Part shown: positions 10,497 through 20,538 of the stretch, in pieces
Layout of the letters: every line of letters starts with the position of its first letter
Numbering within the stretch: position 1 is the stretch's first letter
Assembly (NCBI GenBank): GCA_963713955.1
Contig: OY970216.1
Location: 136,075 to 200,074 of the forward strand
DNA: 64,000 bases
Reading direction: 5' to 3'
Source of the DNA: an uncultured bacterium
GTDB lineage: Bacteria > Patescibacteriota > Minisyncoccia > UBA6257 > GWB1-50-10
Position numbers and translations under genes: made by a program
Notes under the pieces: model-generated
Told to the model about the DNA's origin: nothing
Database searches by the model: none
The model's input: only the letters and a program-made list of their open reading frames with translations

Positions 10497-12338
10497 ATGA
10501 ACAAATTCGTTAAAAGTTTTTTGATTGGCATCATAACTCTTTTTGCATTTGCGTTCATCTTCTCCCTGTTTTCAGGATCCTCGGGCGTGAGTCCCAAGCA
10601 GATAACAGTAGGCCAGCTCGCCCAAGACGTGAGTGCGGGAACCGTGAAAGACCTCACCGTAAACGGTAACGATCTCAAGATCGATCTCACCGATGGTAGC
10701 ACAGCCATCTCGCAAAAAGAGGCCGAAACGGGGATTGTCGAGACGCTTCGGAATCTCGGCATCTCTTCCACGTCGATCTCGAAGGTGAACATAAATGTGG
10801 AGAACGAAAGTGGCGCGAAGTACTGGGCCGGCGTCTTGATTCCCACGCTTCTCCCGCTCATCCTTATGGTTGCCTTCTTTTGGTTTATATTCAGGCAAGC
10901 GAAGACGGGCGCGAACCAGGCGTTCAATTTCGGGAAGGTGAACATACGGCTTTTTTCTTCGAACAAGGACAAAGTCACCTTCAAGGACGTTGCCGGTCTC
11001 AAGGAAGCCAAGGAAGAGTTGACTGAGGTGGTGGATTTCTTGAAACATCCGCAGAAGTTTTTGGAAATCGGCGCGCGGATCCCGCGGGGGGTTCTCTTGG
11101 TGGGACCGCCGGGGACCGGGAAAACACTCCTCGCGAGGGCTGTTGCCGGCGAGAGCAATGTTCCGTTTTTTCACATCTCCGCGTCCGAGTTCGTCGAGAT
11201 GTTCGTGGGAGTCGGTGCATCGCGCGTACGGGATCTTTTCCAAACAGCAAAGAAAGCTGCCCCCTCGATCATATTCGTGGATGAAATAGACGCCGTGGGC
11301 CGCGAACGCGGCACCGGCCTCGGCGGCGGCCACGACGAGCGCGAGCAAACGCTGAATCAGATATTGGTTGAAATGGACGGGTTCGATCGGGACACGAACG
11401 TCATTGTGATGGCGGCCACGAATCGGCCGGATATCCTTGACTCAGCGCTCCTCCGGCCGGGAAGATTCGACCGGCGGGTAGTTTTGGATATCCCGGACAT
11501 CAACGATAGGGAAGAGATTTTGAAAATACATTCCGCGGGGAAACGCTTCGAGAAAGACGTTGATTTGAGGGTCGTCGCGGTCCGAACTCCTGGGTTCTCG
11601 GGCGCCGATCTCGCCAACCTGGTCAACGAAGCTGCCATATCGGCCGCCCGGAAAAACCAGCGGACGATAACTCAAGCCGACCTCTTGGATTCGATAGAGA
11701 AAGTAATGCTCGGCCCGGAGAGGAAATCGCGGGCCATATCCCCGAAGGAAAAAGAAATAACCGCCTATCACGAGGCGGGCCACGCGCTGGTTGCCGCGAT
11801 GCTTAAAGATGCGGACCCCGTGCACAAAGTTTCGATCATCTCGCGGGGTCTCGCCGGCGGCTACACATTGAAACTCCCGATTGAAGAAAGGCACCTGAGA
11901 ACCAGGGCCCAATTCCTCGCTGATTTGGCGGTCGCGTTCGGCGGATATGTCGCCGAAATTTCCGTGTTTGGTGATATTTCGACCGGCTCATCTTCCGATA
12001 TTAAGGAGGCCACGGAAATGGCGAAGCGGATGGTCACGACGTACGGTATGAGCGACCTCGGCCCCCGTTCGTTCGGCAAGACCGAAGACATGATTTTCCT
12101 GGGGCGCGAGATAACCACGGAGAAGGACTACTCGGAGGAAGTGGGGAACAAGATAGACGAGGCGGTGAATAATTTCGTTCAGAAAACTTTTGGGGCTGCC
12201 AGGAGCATCATCTCCAAAAACAAGAAAGTTCTCGACAAAATAGCGAGCGTACTCATCGAGAAAGAAACCCTGGAAAAGGAGGATTTCTACGCGATCATCA
12301 AGAGCTTTAACTTGAAACCAATCGCCATAAAAGCATAG
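10497..12338 (+). CDS. ftsH: ATP-dependent zinc metalloprotease FtsH
   Basis: N-terminal TM, Walker [28 protein letters not shown] zinc motif. Confidence 0.95.
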   Translation: MNKFVKSFLIGIITLFAFAFIFSLFSGSSGVSPKQITVGQLAQDVSAGTVKDLTVNGNDLKIDLTDGSTAISQKEAETGIVETLRNLGISSTSISKVNINVENESGAKYWAGVLIPTLLPLILMVAFFWFIFRQAKTGANQAFNFGKVNIRLFSSNKDKVTFKDVAGLKEAKEELTEVVDFLKHPQKFLEIGARIPRGVLLVGPPGTGKTLLARAVAGESNVPFFHISASEFVEMFVGVGASRVRDLFQTAKKAAPSIIFVDEIDAVGRERGTGLGGGHDEREQTLNQILVEMDGFDRDTNVIVMAATNRPDILDSALLRPGRFDRRVVLDIPDINDREEILKIHSAGKRFEKDVDLRVVAVRTPGFSGADLANLVNEAAISAARKNQRTITQADLLDSIEKVMLGPERKSRAISPKEKEITAYHEAGHALVAAMLKDADPVHKVSIISRGLAGGYTLKLPIEERHLRTRAQFLADLAVAFGGYVAEISVFGDISTGSSSDIKEATEMAKRMVTTYGMSDLGPRSFGKTEDMIFLGREITTEKDYSEEVGNKIDEAVNNFVQKTFGAARSIISKNKKVLDKIASVLIEKETLEKEDFYAIIKSFNLKPIAIKA

Positions 12339-12351
12339 AATATCCTAAGAA

Positions 12352-12423
12352 CGGCACGTAGCTCAATGGCAGAGCAGACGTCTTATACACGTCCGGTTGT
12401 AGGTTCGACTCCTACCGTGCCGA
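12352..12423 (+). tRNA. tRNA-Ile, anticodon UAU (gene TAT)
   Basis: Manual cloverleaf: acceptor CGGCACG/CGTGCCG, D stem GCTC/GAGC, anticodon stem GACGT/ACGTC, loop CTTATAC, T arm GTAGG-TTCGACT-CCTAC. Confidence 0.6.
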
Positions 12424-12442
12424 CTCTCTTTCAGGCGTATCG

Positions 12443-12514
12443 GGGCAGTTAGTTCAATGGCAGAACGTCTGTTTTACACACAGAAGGTTGTAGGTCCGAT
12501 TCCTACACTGCCCA
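12443..12514 (+). tRNA. tRNA-Val, anticodon UAC
   Basis: Manual cloverleaf: acceptor GGGCAGT/ACTGCCC, anticodon stem TCTGT/ACAGA, loop TTTACAC, T loop TCCGATT. Confidence 0.75.
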
Positions 12515-12573
12515 CTGAAAATTTGGAATTGATTTTCATTGACAAAAAGGGCCAGCGGACTTAGCTTGAAAGA

Positions 12574-13092
12574 ATGGACGTGAATGGATCAAGCTTAAAG
12601 TTCAATACGTCTTACGGATTGCAGATTGATCTTGAGTCGGTTGCCGACGAGGTCGTTTCTTTCATGGAACGGAAGCCCCAATCTTCGTACAAGATAACGA
12701 TCGGGAGCGATTCCGAGCTCTTGGAGGACAAGACCGCCGATTTTGTGACGGCCGTCGTCGTTCACCGCATCGGAAACGGCGGCAGATATTTCTGGAGGAG
12801 GGTGAAACTCGGCAAATTCTACAATCTGCACGACCGGATCGTGAGGGAAGTTATGCTCTCGATCGACGCTTCGAACGCGTTCCTGAACGTTTTGAAGACG
12901 AAGATCCAATTGAAAGCCGAAGAAGGCCTCAATTTCAGGTGGGATTTTGAAATCCATGTCGACGTCGGCGAAAACGGACCGACGAAGACGCTCATCCAGG
13001 AAGTGGTAGGGATGGTCCGGGCGCACAATTTCGAGGCGAAGACGAAACCCGAGAGCTACGCTGCTTCGAACGTCGCGGACATTTATGCATAA
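12574..13092 (+). CDS. hypothetical protein, possibly RNase H-like fold (DUF458/YkuK-like)
   Basis: 172 aa, acidic residues in ITIGSDSE and EIHVDVGENG; assignment from size and motif resemblance only. Confidence 0.3.
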   Translation: MDVNGSSLKFNTSYGLQIDLESVADEVVSFMERKPQSSYKITIGSDSELLEDKTADFVTAVVVHRIGNGGRYFWRRVKLGKFYNLHDRIVREVMLSIDASNAFLNVLKTKIQLKAEEGLNFRWDFEIHVDVGENGPTKTLIQEVVGMVRAHNFEAKTKPESYAASNVADIYA

Positions 13093-13655
13093 TGGATACC
13101 CTCGTTATCGACATCGAAACCAAGAACTCTTTCCAGGACGTTGGCGGGAGAGACAATCTGAAAGACTTGGAGGTTTCGGTAATCGGGGTTTATTCGTATG
13201 AATCTGACAAGTACAGGGCTTTTGACGAGCATGAACTTGATGATTTCGGCAAAATCCTCCAAAAAACGCAGCTTATCGTCACGTTTGCTGGCAAGCGTTT
13301 CGATCTGCCCGTGATGTCCAAGTATTTCGACTTTGACATCCGGGCCATACGGCATTTCGATATTCTCGAGGAAATAGAAGAAAAATACGGCCGCCGGATC
13401 GGCCTTGGCATACTTGCGGAAGCCAACATCGGCGCCGGCAAAACCGGCCATGGGATGGAAGCCGTCGATCTTTACGCGCGGGGCGAAATGGAGAAGCTTA
13501 AAAGTTACTGCCTGAATGATGTAAAATTAACGAGAGGATTGTACGATCTCATCAAGAGCCGGGGGTACCTCTGGATGCCGCAGCGGAATTCGAATGAGAT
13601 GATCAAAGTCGAAATCGCCCCGGCCGAAGAATCGCAGCAAAACCAACTAATCTAA
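13092..13655 (+). CDS. DEDDy-type 3-prime to 5-prime exonuclease (YprB/RNase_H_2-like, PolB-exo-like)
   Basis: Exo I IDIET, Exo II AGKRFDLP, Exo III YCLNDV..LYDL; start codon overlaps upstream stop (TAATG). Confidence 0.55.
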   Translation: MDTLVIDIETKNSFQDVGGRDNLKDLEVSVIGVYSYESDKYRAFDEHELDDFGKILQKTQLIVTFAGKRFDLPVMSKYFDFDIRAIRHFDILEEIEEKYGRRIGLGILAEANIGAGKTGHGMEAVDLYARGEMEKLKSYCLNDVKLTRGLYDLIKSRGYLWMPQRNSNEMIKVEIAPAEESQQNQLI

Positions 13656-13666
13656 TCCCTGGAACA

Positions 13667-13990
13667 ATGTTCAAACTGAAAAAAAACAAGGTAATAGTGA
13701 CAGTCTTTGCGGTACTCCTCGCGTTAAGCGTCGTTTCCATTTATATACCGGCGCTTTTTCCTCCTCAAACGCAAAGCGCAATCCCGGTAAACCAAAACCA
13801 AAGTTCTTACCCTGCAACGGCGGCAACCACCACGGGAACAACTACGCCGGAAACGCCTTCTTCGACTCCGAACCAAAAAGTCAGCAGCCCGTCAACTTCG
13901 ACGTCGAATCTTCCTTCCAGCTTGCAAGGTTTGCAGGGGGAGGAAAACGGCCTGAATGACATCCAGAACAGTTTGAATAATGGAAAATGA
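13667..13990 (+). CDS. small membrane-anchored Ser/Thr/Pro-rich protein
   Basis: N-terminal TM helix then low-complexity T/S/P tail; overlaps glyA start by 4 nt. Confidence 0.35.
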   Translation: MFKLKKNKVIVTVFAVLLALSVVSIYIPALFPPQTQSAIPVNQNQSSYPATAATTTGTTTPETPSSTPNQKVSSPSTSTSNLPSSLQGLQGEENGLNDIQNSLNNGK

Positions 13991-15147
13991 GGGATAAAGA
14001 AATCGAACGGTTAATAAAGGAAGAGGAAGCGAGAGAAAGAAAAACGGTTGATCTCATAGCTTCCGAGAATTTCGTCTCGGATGACGTTTCGAAAGCGTTA
14101 GGGTCGGTTTTTACGAACAAGTACGCGGAAGGGTATCCCGGCGCGAGATATTACAGCGGCATGGCTGTGGCCGATAAACTGGAAAACCTCGTGAGGGCGA
14201 GGGCTTTGAAGCTCTTCAGGTTGTCTCCGAAGCAGTGGTGCGTCAGCGTGCAGCCGTATTCGGGGTCGCCCGCGAACTTAGCAATCTATCTGGCCCTTGT
14301 TCCACCTGGAGAAAAAATCATGGGGATGAGTCTTGCGATGGGTGGCCACCTGACGCACGGCCAGAGAGTGAGCGTGACGGGAAAGATATGGCAGCAAGTC
14401 CCCTACGGTGTTTCACAGAAAACGGAAACCCTCGATTACGCCGAGATTTTGAGAATAGCCAAGAAAGAAGAACCAAAGATCATCGTCGCCGGGTACACGG
14501 CGTATCCCCGGATCATCGATTTCGGCAAGTTCAGGAAAATAGCCGATAGCGTCGGGGCAATCCTTATGGTTGATATGTCTCACTTCGCGGGCCTCGTGGC
14601 CGGCGGTGTATACCCCTCTCCCTTCAGATATGCGGATATCGTTATGACGACGACGCATAAAACGCTCCGCGGACCCCGCGGCGCGATGATCTTTTCCAAG
14701 AAAGAGTATTCTCCGATGATCGATAAAGCAGTTTTCCCGGGCCTCCAGGGCGGACCGCACTTGAACGCGATCGCAGCAATTGGTGTAGCTCTTTACGAAG
14801 ATAGTAAACCTGCTTTTAAAACGTACGCGAGGCAGGTTGTGAAGAACGCGAAGGTCTTGGCCGGAGAATTGCAAAAACTCGGGTGGCGGATCGTTTCCGG
14901 CGGCACGGATACCCACCTCATTTTGGTGGATACCATGTCCCGCGGGATCGGCGGCAAGGAAGCAGCCGAGAAGCTCGAAAAAGCCGGGATAATAGTGAAT
15001 AAAAACACGATCCCCTACGACACGCGAAAGCCGATGGATCCGTCGGGCATTCGCCTCGGCACGCCGGCCGTCACGACGCGCGGGATGAAAGAGGACAATA
15101 TGAAAAGGATCGCCCAAAAGGTAAACGTGGTCTTGACAGGGAAATAG
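13987..15147 (+). CDS. glyA: serine hydroxymethyltransferase
   Basis: THKTLRGPRGAMIF PLP-lysine motif, ASENF, overall SHMT collinearity; 386 aa. Confidence 0.9.
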   Translation: MRDKEIERLIKEEEARERKTVDLIASENFVSDDVSKALGSVFTNKYAEGYPGARYYSGMAVADKLENLVRARALKLFRLSPKQWCVSVQPYSGSPANLAIYLALVPPGEKIMGMSLAMGGHLTHGQRVSVTGKIWQQVPYGVSQKTETLDYAEILRIAKKEEPKIIVAGYTAYPRIIDFGKFRKIADSVGAILMVDMSHFAGLVAGGVYPSPFRYADIVMTTTHKTLRGPRGAMIFSKKEYSPMIDKAVFPGLQGGPHLNAIAAIGVALYEDSKPAFKTYARQVVKNAKVLAGELQKLGWRIVSGGTDTHLILVDTMSRGIGGKEAAEKLEKAGIIVNKNTIPYDTRKPMDPSGIRLGTPAVTTRGMKEDNMKRIAQKVNVVLTGK

Positions 15148-15311
15148 TCGCTCCATGATAATAGAACTATCATCAAAATCACGCATATGAACCAAAGAAA
15201 CCTCAATTTCTTCTTTATGGTTTGGCAGTGGACCTACAAAAAGTCCGAGGTTTCTTTTAGTTCTCCTTTTGCAAGTTGATTGTCAAAATAATTCAAAAAG
15301 AAGCATTAAGA

Positions 15312-15347
15312 GAAGCCCCGGACAAAGTTCGGGGCTTCAAAGTTTTT
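15312..15347 (+). terminator. hairpin GAAGCCCCG-9nt-CGGGGCTTC followed by AAAGTTTTT
   Basis: Perfect 9-bp GC-rich stem plus T-run 165 nt downstream of glyA, inside the 235-nt leader of the next gene. Confidence 0.35.
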
Positions 15348-15383
15348 AACCAGTTCATTAACTTTTAAATAGGAGTAGACAAG

Positions 15384-16730
15384 ATGGAAACAGCAATTGT
15401 TGCAACTGCCCCAACGGCCTTAGGAACCGTCGTTGAGAAATCGAATATCCGTTCATCTCTTGGCCCGTTTCTCACTTTCCCTGACTACAGAGTCCAATAT
15501 CCAGAGAAGATCGTTCGAGCGCTCGGGACGCTGTACCGGGAGTACAACAGGTCGTTCGGCCCCCTGGTAGAAATGAATAGAGAGTGGGAGGGCGACTACC
15601 GATATTGCTTTCCGAACAGCGTACCAATCAATTACGCCGTTCAGGTTGACATGACGGGATTGCCGGACGAGTTGCTTACCGCTGCGGTTGGCATGTCGGA
15701 TGGCAATGTGGAAGAGGTTCTACGGGACAGGATCTTTGAAATCGAAAATTCTCTTGCCATGTATCAATTCCTGCTGGAGGTTTTCCCGGGACATTTCAAG
15801 GGGCCATTCCAAGCGCTTCTCGCTAGCCTGAGGGGGAGATATGGAATGCCGATCGCCCTTTTGGCAGTGACTGATCAGAAGTACCAATCAATGAGAGAAT
15901 CGGAATTTGGCAAATCGTCCGGCGACATCCTAACGGACGACGAGGTGAAAAAGCTATCCGGCTTCGATAAGTTCTTTAGTCCGAGTGAATTCCAGGAATA
16001 TCTTGCAACGAATGGCGGAGAGTGTGGGTTTCTTCTCTATGCCCGCACCTCCGACCCCATTGCAAAATTGAGGCAGCCGAGCCTGGAGGTTGAACATCCA
16101 TTGCTTGGAGAAGCAGAAACGAGGAAGATCATTAAGGAATATGCCCTTACCTTTAACGTTGATGCTCCTCGGATGGCTTACAACCATCGGATCAACGATA
16201 CGAAGGAATACTTACCGCCGATGAGAATGGCATTTCCGTTGTATGTCGAGAGGGATTTGTACTCTTACGAACTCACAGAGTATCTATCCCGCGGGAAACC
16301 TTATCTGGAGTTTCCTTCCGGCAATCGACTTTCTCCCGGTTTTGCCGACTATCTGGAAAGTCGGAAGATCGATCCGGATGACGTGGATTGCGGCCGGCAA
16401 TTTCTCCGCTTTAAGCCGATGAAAGGCGCGTACGGATGCTATGGTCACATTCGAGGGTCTCTTGCTAAAGCCGATGTCCGGAAGGGTTTGCGGAAAAACC
16501 TGCAAGAGCGCGGGGCGTATGTTGTGCAACCGGAAATGCAGATGTCCACCGTCGTGAGCGCGACCGGGAAGGCGTATTCGTACATCGATAGGAACTTCTT
16601 GGGATTCGTGAACGACGAAGTCAGGTTCTTGGGCGGTTTCCGATCGTTCCTGGAAATTGATTCCGAGGAAGTTAAAAACGGAAGGAATCATGGGAACCGA
16701 TCGACCATCTATGCCGCTATTACTGTCTGA
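15384..16730 (+). CDS. hypothetical cytoplasmic protein (448 aa); C-terminal FKPMKGAYGCYGHI...VVQPEM weakly resembles ATP-grasp K-loop/hinge
   Basis: Good RBS AGGAG 8 nt upstream; no TM; no firm family assignment. Confidence 0.5.
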   Translation: METAIVATAPTALGTVVEKSNIRSSLGPFLTFPDYRVQYPEKIVRALGTLYREYNRSFGPLVEMNREWEGDYRYCFPNSVPINYAVQVDMTGLPDELLTAAVGMSDGNVEEVLRDRIFEIENSLAMYQFLLEVFPGHFKGPFQALLASLRGRYGMPIALLAVTDQKYQSMRESEFGKSSGDILTDDEVKKLSGFDKFFSPSEFQEYLATNGGECGFLLYARTSDPIAKLRQPSLEVEHPLLGEAETRKIIKEYALTFNVDAPRMAYNHRINDTKEYLPPMRMAFPLYVERDLYSYELTEYLSRGKPYLEFPSGNRLSPGFADYLESRKIDPDDVDCGRQFLRFKPMKGAYGCYGHIRGSLAKADVRKGLRKNLQERGAYVVQPEMQMSTVVSATGKAYSYIDRNFLGFVNDEVRFLGGFRSFLEIDSEEVKNGRNHGNRSTIYAAITV

Positions 16731-16789
16731 CGTTCATTTGTGTTACATTGAAGCCGTGGCCTTACAAGGTACACGGCTCATTTTTAAAT

Positions 16790-17860
16790 ATGAAAACTAG
16801 CATCGTTTCACTGACAAAAAAATTCGTGGCCATAAAGTCCACAGCAGGAAATCCGACAGCGTTAAAGAGTATTTTAAGCCTTGCTTCTTCGGAGTTGAAA
16901 GGATATTCAATAGAGCGGTTCACTCGTAACGGCATGCGAAGCGCCCTCGTTTTTAATTCGAAGAAGAGACCAGAAAAGTTCAGGGTTATATTGAACGCAC
17001 ATCTGGACGTTATACCGGGAAAGGAAGGGCAGTACATACCCCGGATGAAGGGAAGCAGACTTTACGGCGTCGGCTCCCTGGATATGAAGGGAGGCGCTGC
17101 GTGTCTCATTGCTGTATTTCGAGAAGTTGCAAGGATGGTGGATTATCAACTCGGCTTACAGCTCACGACCGATGAGGAAATCGGAGGGTTTAATGGCACG
17201 AAGTATCAGATAAGCAAGGGAGTGCGGGCGGATTTCGCCATTACAGCAGAGCCGACTAACCTGGAAGTTGTTAATGAAGCAAAAGGAGTTACGTGGATGA
17301 AGATTTCGTGTCGCGGTACAACGGCCCATAGTGCATATCCTTGGCGAGGGGAAAACGCGATTTGGAAAATGAACGAGTTTCTTAACGTTCTGAAAAGAAA
17401 GTACCCAGTTCCCCAACGGGAAAAGTGGACAACGACTGTTAACGTGAGCAAGATTGAGACGGATAACCAGTCATTTAATAAAATTCCCAGTGATTGCGCA
17501 ATTTTATTGGATATTCGTTCCACTCCCAAAGAAGCCGGTTCCGTAGTGAGGGACATCAAGGGATTACTGCCGAAGGGATTCGCCGTAGAAGTTGTGGTGA
17601 AAGAACCAGCGTTCAAAACCCCCGCTCACAACAAGTACGTAGAGAAATTGCGAATGGTGGGAGAAGCAGTCTCGGGGGGAAAGATCGCCTTGCGCGGCGC
17701 TCACGGATCTTCTGACGTGAGACACTTTACCTCCGTGCATTGTCCGGGGATTGAATTTGGACCAGCCGGTGGAGGTATCGGGAGCGACAACGAATGGGTA
17801 GATGTTCGAAGTCTTGCAACATACCGCAAGATACTGAGAGAGTTTTTATTGTCCTTGTAG
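16790..17860 (+). CDS. M20-family metallopeptidase/deacylase (ArgE/DapE-like)
   Basis: HLDV, GVGSLDMKGG, TTDEEIGG, EPT motifs typical of peptidase M20. Confidence 0.75.
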   Translation: MKTSIVSLTKKFVAIKSTAGNPTALKSILSLASSELKGYSIERFTRNGMRSALVFNSKKRPEKFRVILNAHLDVIPGKEGQYIPRMKGSRLYGVGSLDMKGGAACLIAVFREVARMVDYQLGLQLTTDEEIGGFNGTKYQISKGVRADFAITAEPTNLEVVNEAKGVTWMKISCRGTTAHSAYPWRGENAIWKMNEFLNVLKRKYPVPQREKWTTTVNVSKIETDNQSFNKIPSDCAILLDIRSTPKEAGSVVRDIKGLLPKGFAVEVVVKEPAFKTPAHNKYVEKLRMVGEAVSGGKIALRGAHGSSDVRHFTSVHCPGIEFGPAGGGIGSDNEWVDVRSLATYRKILREFLLSL

Positions 17861-17895
17861 AATATGGGGGCGAAAACGTACTATTATTGAGTACT

Positions 17896-18708
17896 ATGAT
17901 GATCGATGGCAAAAAAATCGCGGAGGAACTCCTCGGCGAGTTGAAAAAGAAGCCAAAACCGGAGAAATTTCTGGCGGGAATCCTCGTCGGGGACGACCCG
18001 GCGTCTTTGAGTTTCTTGGAGCAGAAGAAGAGAGTCGCCGAAGAACTCGGGGTTGATTTCAGGATATACAAGCTCGCCGCCGAGCTCGGAAACGACAAAC
18101 TTCGGGAAGAAGTCAGAAAAATCGCGGAACATAAGACGTGCGGCGGGGCGCTCATCGAACTTCCCCTTCCAACCTCGTTGAACCGCCATTACGTTTTGAA
18201 TGCGATACCGCGGGGAAAGGACGTCGATGTCTTGGGCGAGCGGGCGCTCGGCGCTTTCTATACGGGCCGCAATCCGGTCTTACCGCCCGTTGCGGAAACG
18301 ACGCTCGAGATTCTGAAGAGAGTCAACTTTGACTTGAAGGGTAAAAGAGTAGGCGTCGTGGGAACGGGATTCTTGATTGGGCGGCCGATCGTCGCATGGT
18401 TCATGAACAAGGTGGAGGAAATCTATGTCGTGCATAAAGGCAGCGATTTCTCGATACTGAAGAAAGCGGACCTTGTTATCCTCGGAACCGGCCAGCCGGC
18501 GCTCGTGAAGCCCTCCATGCTGAAAGATGGCGCCGGCGTGATCGATTTCGGATACGGAAAGATCGAGGGAAAAATAACGGGAGATCTCGATGTCTCTGAG
18601 TCAGTTTCCAATTTGTCTTTTTACACGCCCGTGCCGGGCGGTGCCGGGCCAGTCCTCATCGCCAAGCTCTTCGAGAACTTCTATTCCTTAAACGGGGAGA
18701 AGTCATAG
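17896..18708 (+). CDS. folD: bifunctional methylenetetrahydrofolate dehydrogenase/cyclohydrolase
   Basis: MIDGKKIA...ILVGDDPAS.SFLEQKKRVAEELG, GRPIV, NAD(P) fold; ORF-track N-terminal 34 aa likely not translated. Confidence 0.85.
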   Translation: MMIDGKKIAEELLGELKKKPKPEKFLAGILVGDDPASLSFLEQKKRVAEELGVDFRIYKLAAELGNDKLREEVRKIAEHKTCGGALIELPLPTSLNRHYVLNAIPRGKDVDVLGERALGAFYTGRNPVLPPVAETTLEILKRVNFDLKGKRVGVVGTGFLIGRPIVAWFMNKVEEIYVVHKGSDFSILKKADLVILGTGQPALVKPSMLKDGAGVIDFGYGKIEGKITGDLDVSESVSNLSFYTPVPGGAGPVLIAKLFENFYSLNGEKS

Positions 18709-18733
18709 ATCCAGGAACTCAGGAAAAGAGCGG

Positions 18734-18768
18734 GGCGCCTTCAGTGCCCCGCTCTTTAGTTCGCCTAC
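18734..18768. terminator. bidirectional hairpin between convergent folD and recA
   Basis: AAGAGCGGGGC-loop-GCCCCGCTCTT, 11-bp stem. Confidence 0.6.
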
Positions 18769-18782
18769 CGGACTCTCTTTCG

Positions 18783-19820
18783 TTATTCTCCTTCGCTGGC
18801 AATTGCCTTCTTGCTGGCTGCTTCACGGGTTGCTTTTTCGATCGTGGTCAAAAGTTTTTTGTCTTCCTTGAGCTTTTCGCGTACGTTGTCGAACCCGTTC
18901 CCCAGCTTTTCGCCGTTGAATGAGTAGCTCGCGCCGTTCTTTGAAACGACGCCGTACTTCACGGCCGTGTTCAAAACATCAGCCTCGTAGGAAATTCCCT
19001 CGCCGAACAGAATATCGAACTCGGCGACCTTGAAGGGCGGCGCAACTTTGTTTTTCACCACTTTCGCCTTGACCCGGTTCCCGACGGACTCCTCCCCCTT
19101 CTTGATCTGGGCAATTCTTCTTATATCGATTCTGACCGACGCGTAAAACTTGAGGGCCATACCTCCGGGCGTCGTTTCCGGATTCCCGAATATTATTCCT
19201 ATCTTCATCCTCGTTTGGTTTATGAATATGACGATGGTGCCCGATCTGTCGGCTATAGCCGTGAGTTTGCGAAGAGCCTGCGACATGAGTCTTGCTTGGA
19301 GCCCCATGTGTTGGGCGCCCATCTCCCCTTCTATTTCCGCTTTGGGGGTCAGGGCTGCGACTGAGTCGATGACGACGACGTCGATGATCCCCGATCTCAC
19401 AAGGCTTTCCAGAATGTTTAAAGCCTCCTCGCCGCTGTCCGGCTGGGAGATGATGAGATCCTTCACTTTCACACCGATTTTTTCCGCATATTCCGGGTCG
19501 AGCGCGTGCTCGGCGTCGATGAACGCCACTTTCCCTCCCCGTTTCTGGGCTTCGGCGACGGCGTGGAGCGCAAGTGTCGTCTTCCCCGAACTTTCAGGGC
19601 CGAAGATCTCAACAATCCTGCCTTTCGGAAGTCCTCCTCCGAGGGCGAGATCCAGCGAGAACGAGCCGGAAGGAATGGCGTCAACCTTGGTTCTTTTTAC
19701 CTCCCCGAGTTTCATGACCGACCCCTCCCCAAAGCGCGACTGGAGCGACTCGAGGAGTGAATCGATGTTTCCCGATTGGTTTTCTTTTGATGATTCTTTT
19801 TGCTTTTTGTTTACCGCCAT
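18783..19820 (-). CDS. recA: recombinase RecA
   Basis: [19 protein letters not shown] Walker A, L1/L2 loops; 345 aa. Confidence 0.95.
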   Translation of the reverse strand: MAVNKKQKESSKENQSGNIDSLLESLQSRFGEGSVMKLGEVKRTKVDAIPSGSFSLDLALGGGLPKGRIVEIFGPESSGKTTLALHAVAEAQKRGGKVAFIDAEHALDPEYAEKIGVKVKDLIISQPDSGEEALNILESLVRSGIIDVVVIDSVAALTPKAEIEGEMGAQHMGLQARLMSQALRKLTAIADRSGTIVIFINQTRMKIGIIFGNPETTPGGMALKFYASVRIDIRRIAQIKKGEESVGNRVKAKVVKNKVAPPFKVAEFDILFGEGISYEADVLNTAVKYGVVSKNGASYSFNGEKLGNGFDNVREKLKEDKKLLTTIEKATREAASKKAIASEGE

Positions 19821-19821
19821 T

Positions 19822-20538
19822 TTATTGTGGTTGGCTTGGGTTTTGTGTCGACGTTTGGTTTGGATTGGTGCTTGTACCAGTACTGGTACCGGCCTCCGGC
19901 TGATAAAAGATCTGCTTTGTGACTGAATACTTTCTCCCCAGAACTTTCGTGGCTTCGAAGTTGAACGTGTTGAATCCGGGGTTCAAAACGACAGCTTTCT
20001 TAAATGTGCCGTCTGATTGCGGAACGATCGATTCGTCGTTCACGGTGAGCTCGTCCCCCGAGGTCAGCGTCCCCATGATGGTGAAGTTCTGGCTTTTGGA
20101 TATGGTTATGGCATCTGGCAGGTTTTTCAGTACGAGCTCGGGCGTTCCCAAGATGCTGGGGAGTCGGATCGTGAGGTACGCAACGATGAGGACAGCCACT
20201 ATTATACCACCGATCGCAGCCTTGTTCATTTTCGGAGCCCGGAATCTGTTGGAAGGCGGGGTATCCTTTTCTCCCGATCGCTTGATACCTTCCCTATTCT
20301 CGCTGAATTCGTTCCAAGCGGCGTCTCCATCGAGACCCAAAACGTCGCTTATTTTCATGATGTAGCCGTGGAGGTAGGGAGCGGCCGGAAGCTTGTTGAA
20401 TTTCTCCTCTATGATGAGGGATATGACGTTTTCGGGTATGCCGGTGAGCTCGGAGAGTTTCTGGACCGATATTCCTTTGATCTTCAGTACCTCGACCAGC
20501 GAATCAGCAAAATTTTTACGTTCATTCTCCGGCATCAT
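19822..20538 (-). CDS. RodZ-like protein (N-terminal HTH, single TM, C-terminal DUF4115-like domain)
   Basis: XRE-type [33 protein letters not shown], beta-rich C-terminus. Confidence 0.5.
   Translation of the reverse strand: MMPENERKNFADSLVEVLKIKGISVQKLSELTGIPENVISLIIEEKFNKLPAAPYLHGYIMKISDVLGLDGDAAWNEFSENREGIKRSGEKDTPPSNRFRAPKMNKAAIGGIIVAVLIVAYLTIRLPSILGTPELVLKNLPDAITISKSQNFTIMGTLTSGDELTVNDESIVPQSDGTFKKAVVLNPGFNTFNFEATKVLGRKYSVTKQIFYQPEAGTSTGTSTNPNQTSTQNPSQPQ

Noticed and set aside
10259-11348. Two overlapping minus-strand ORFs (299 and 258 aa)
   Set aside because: Antisense to ftsH
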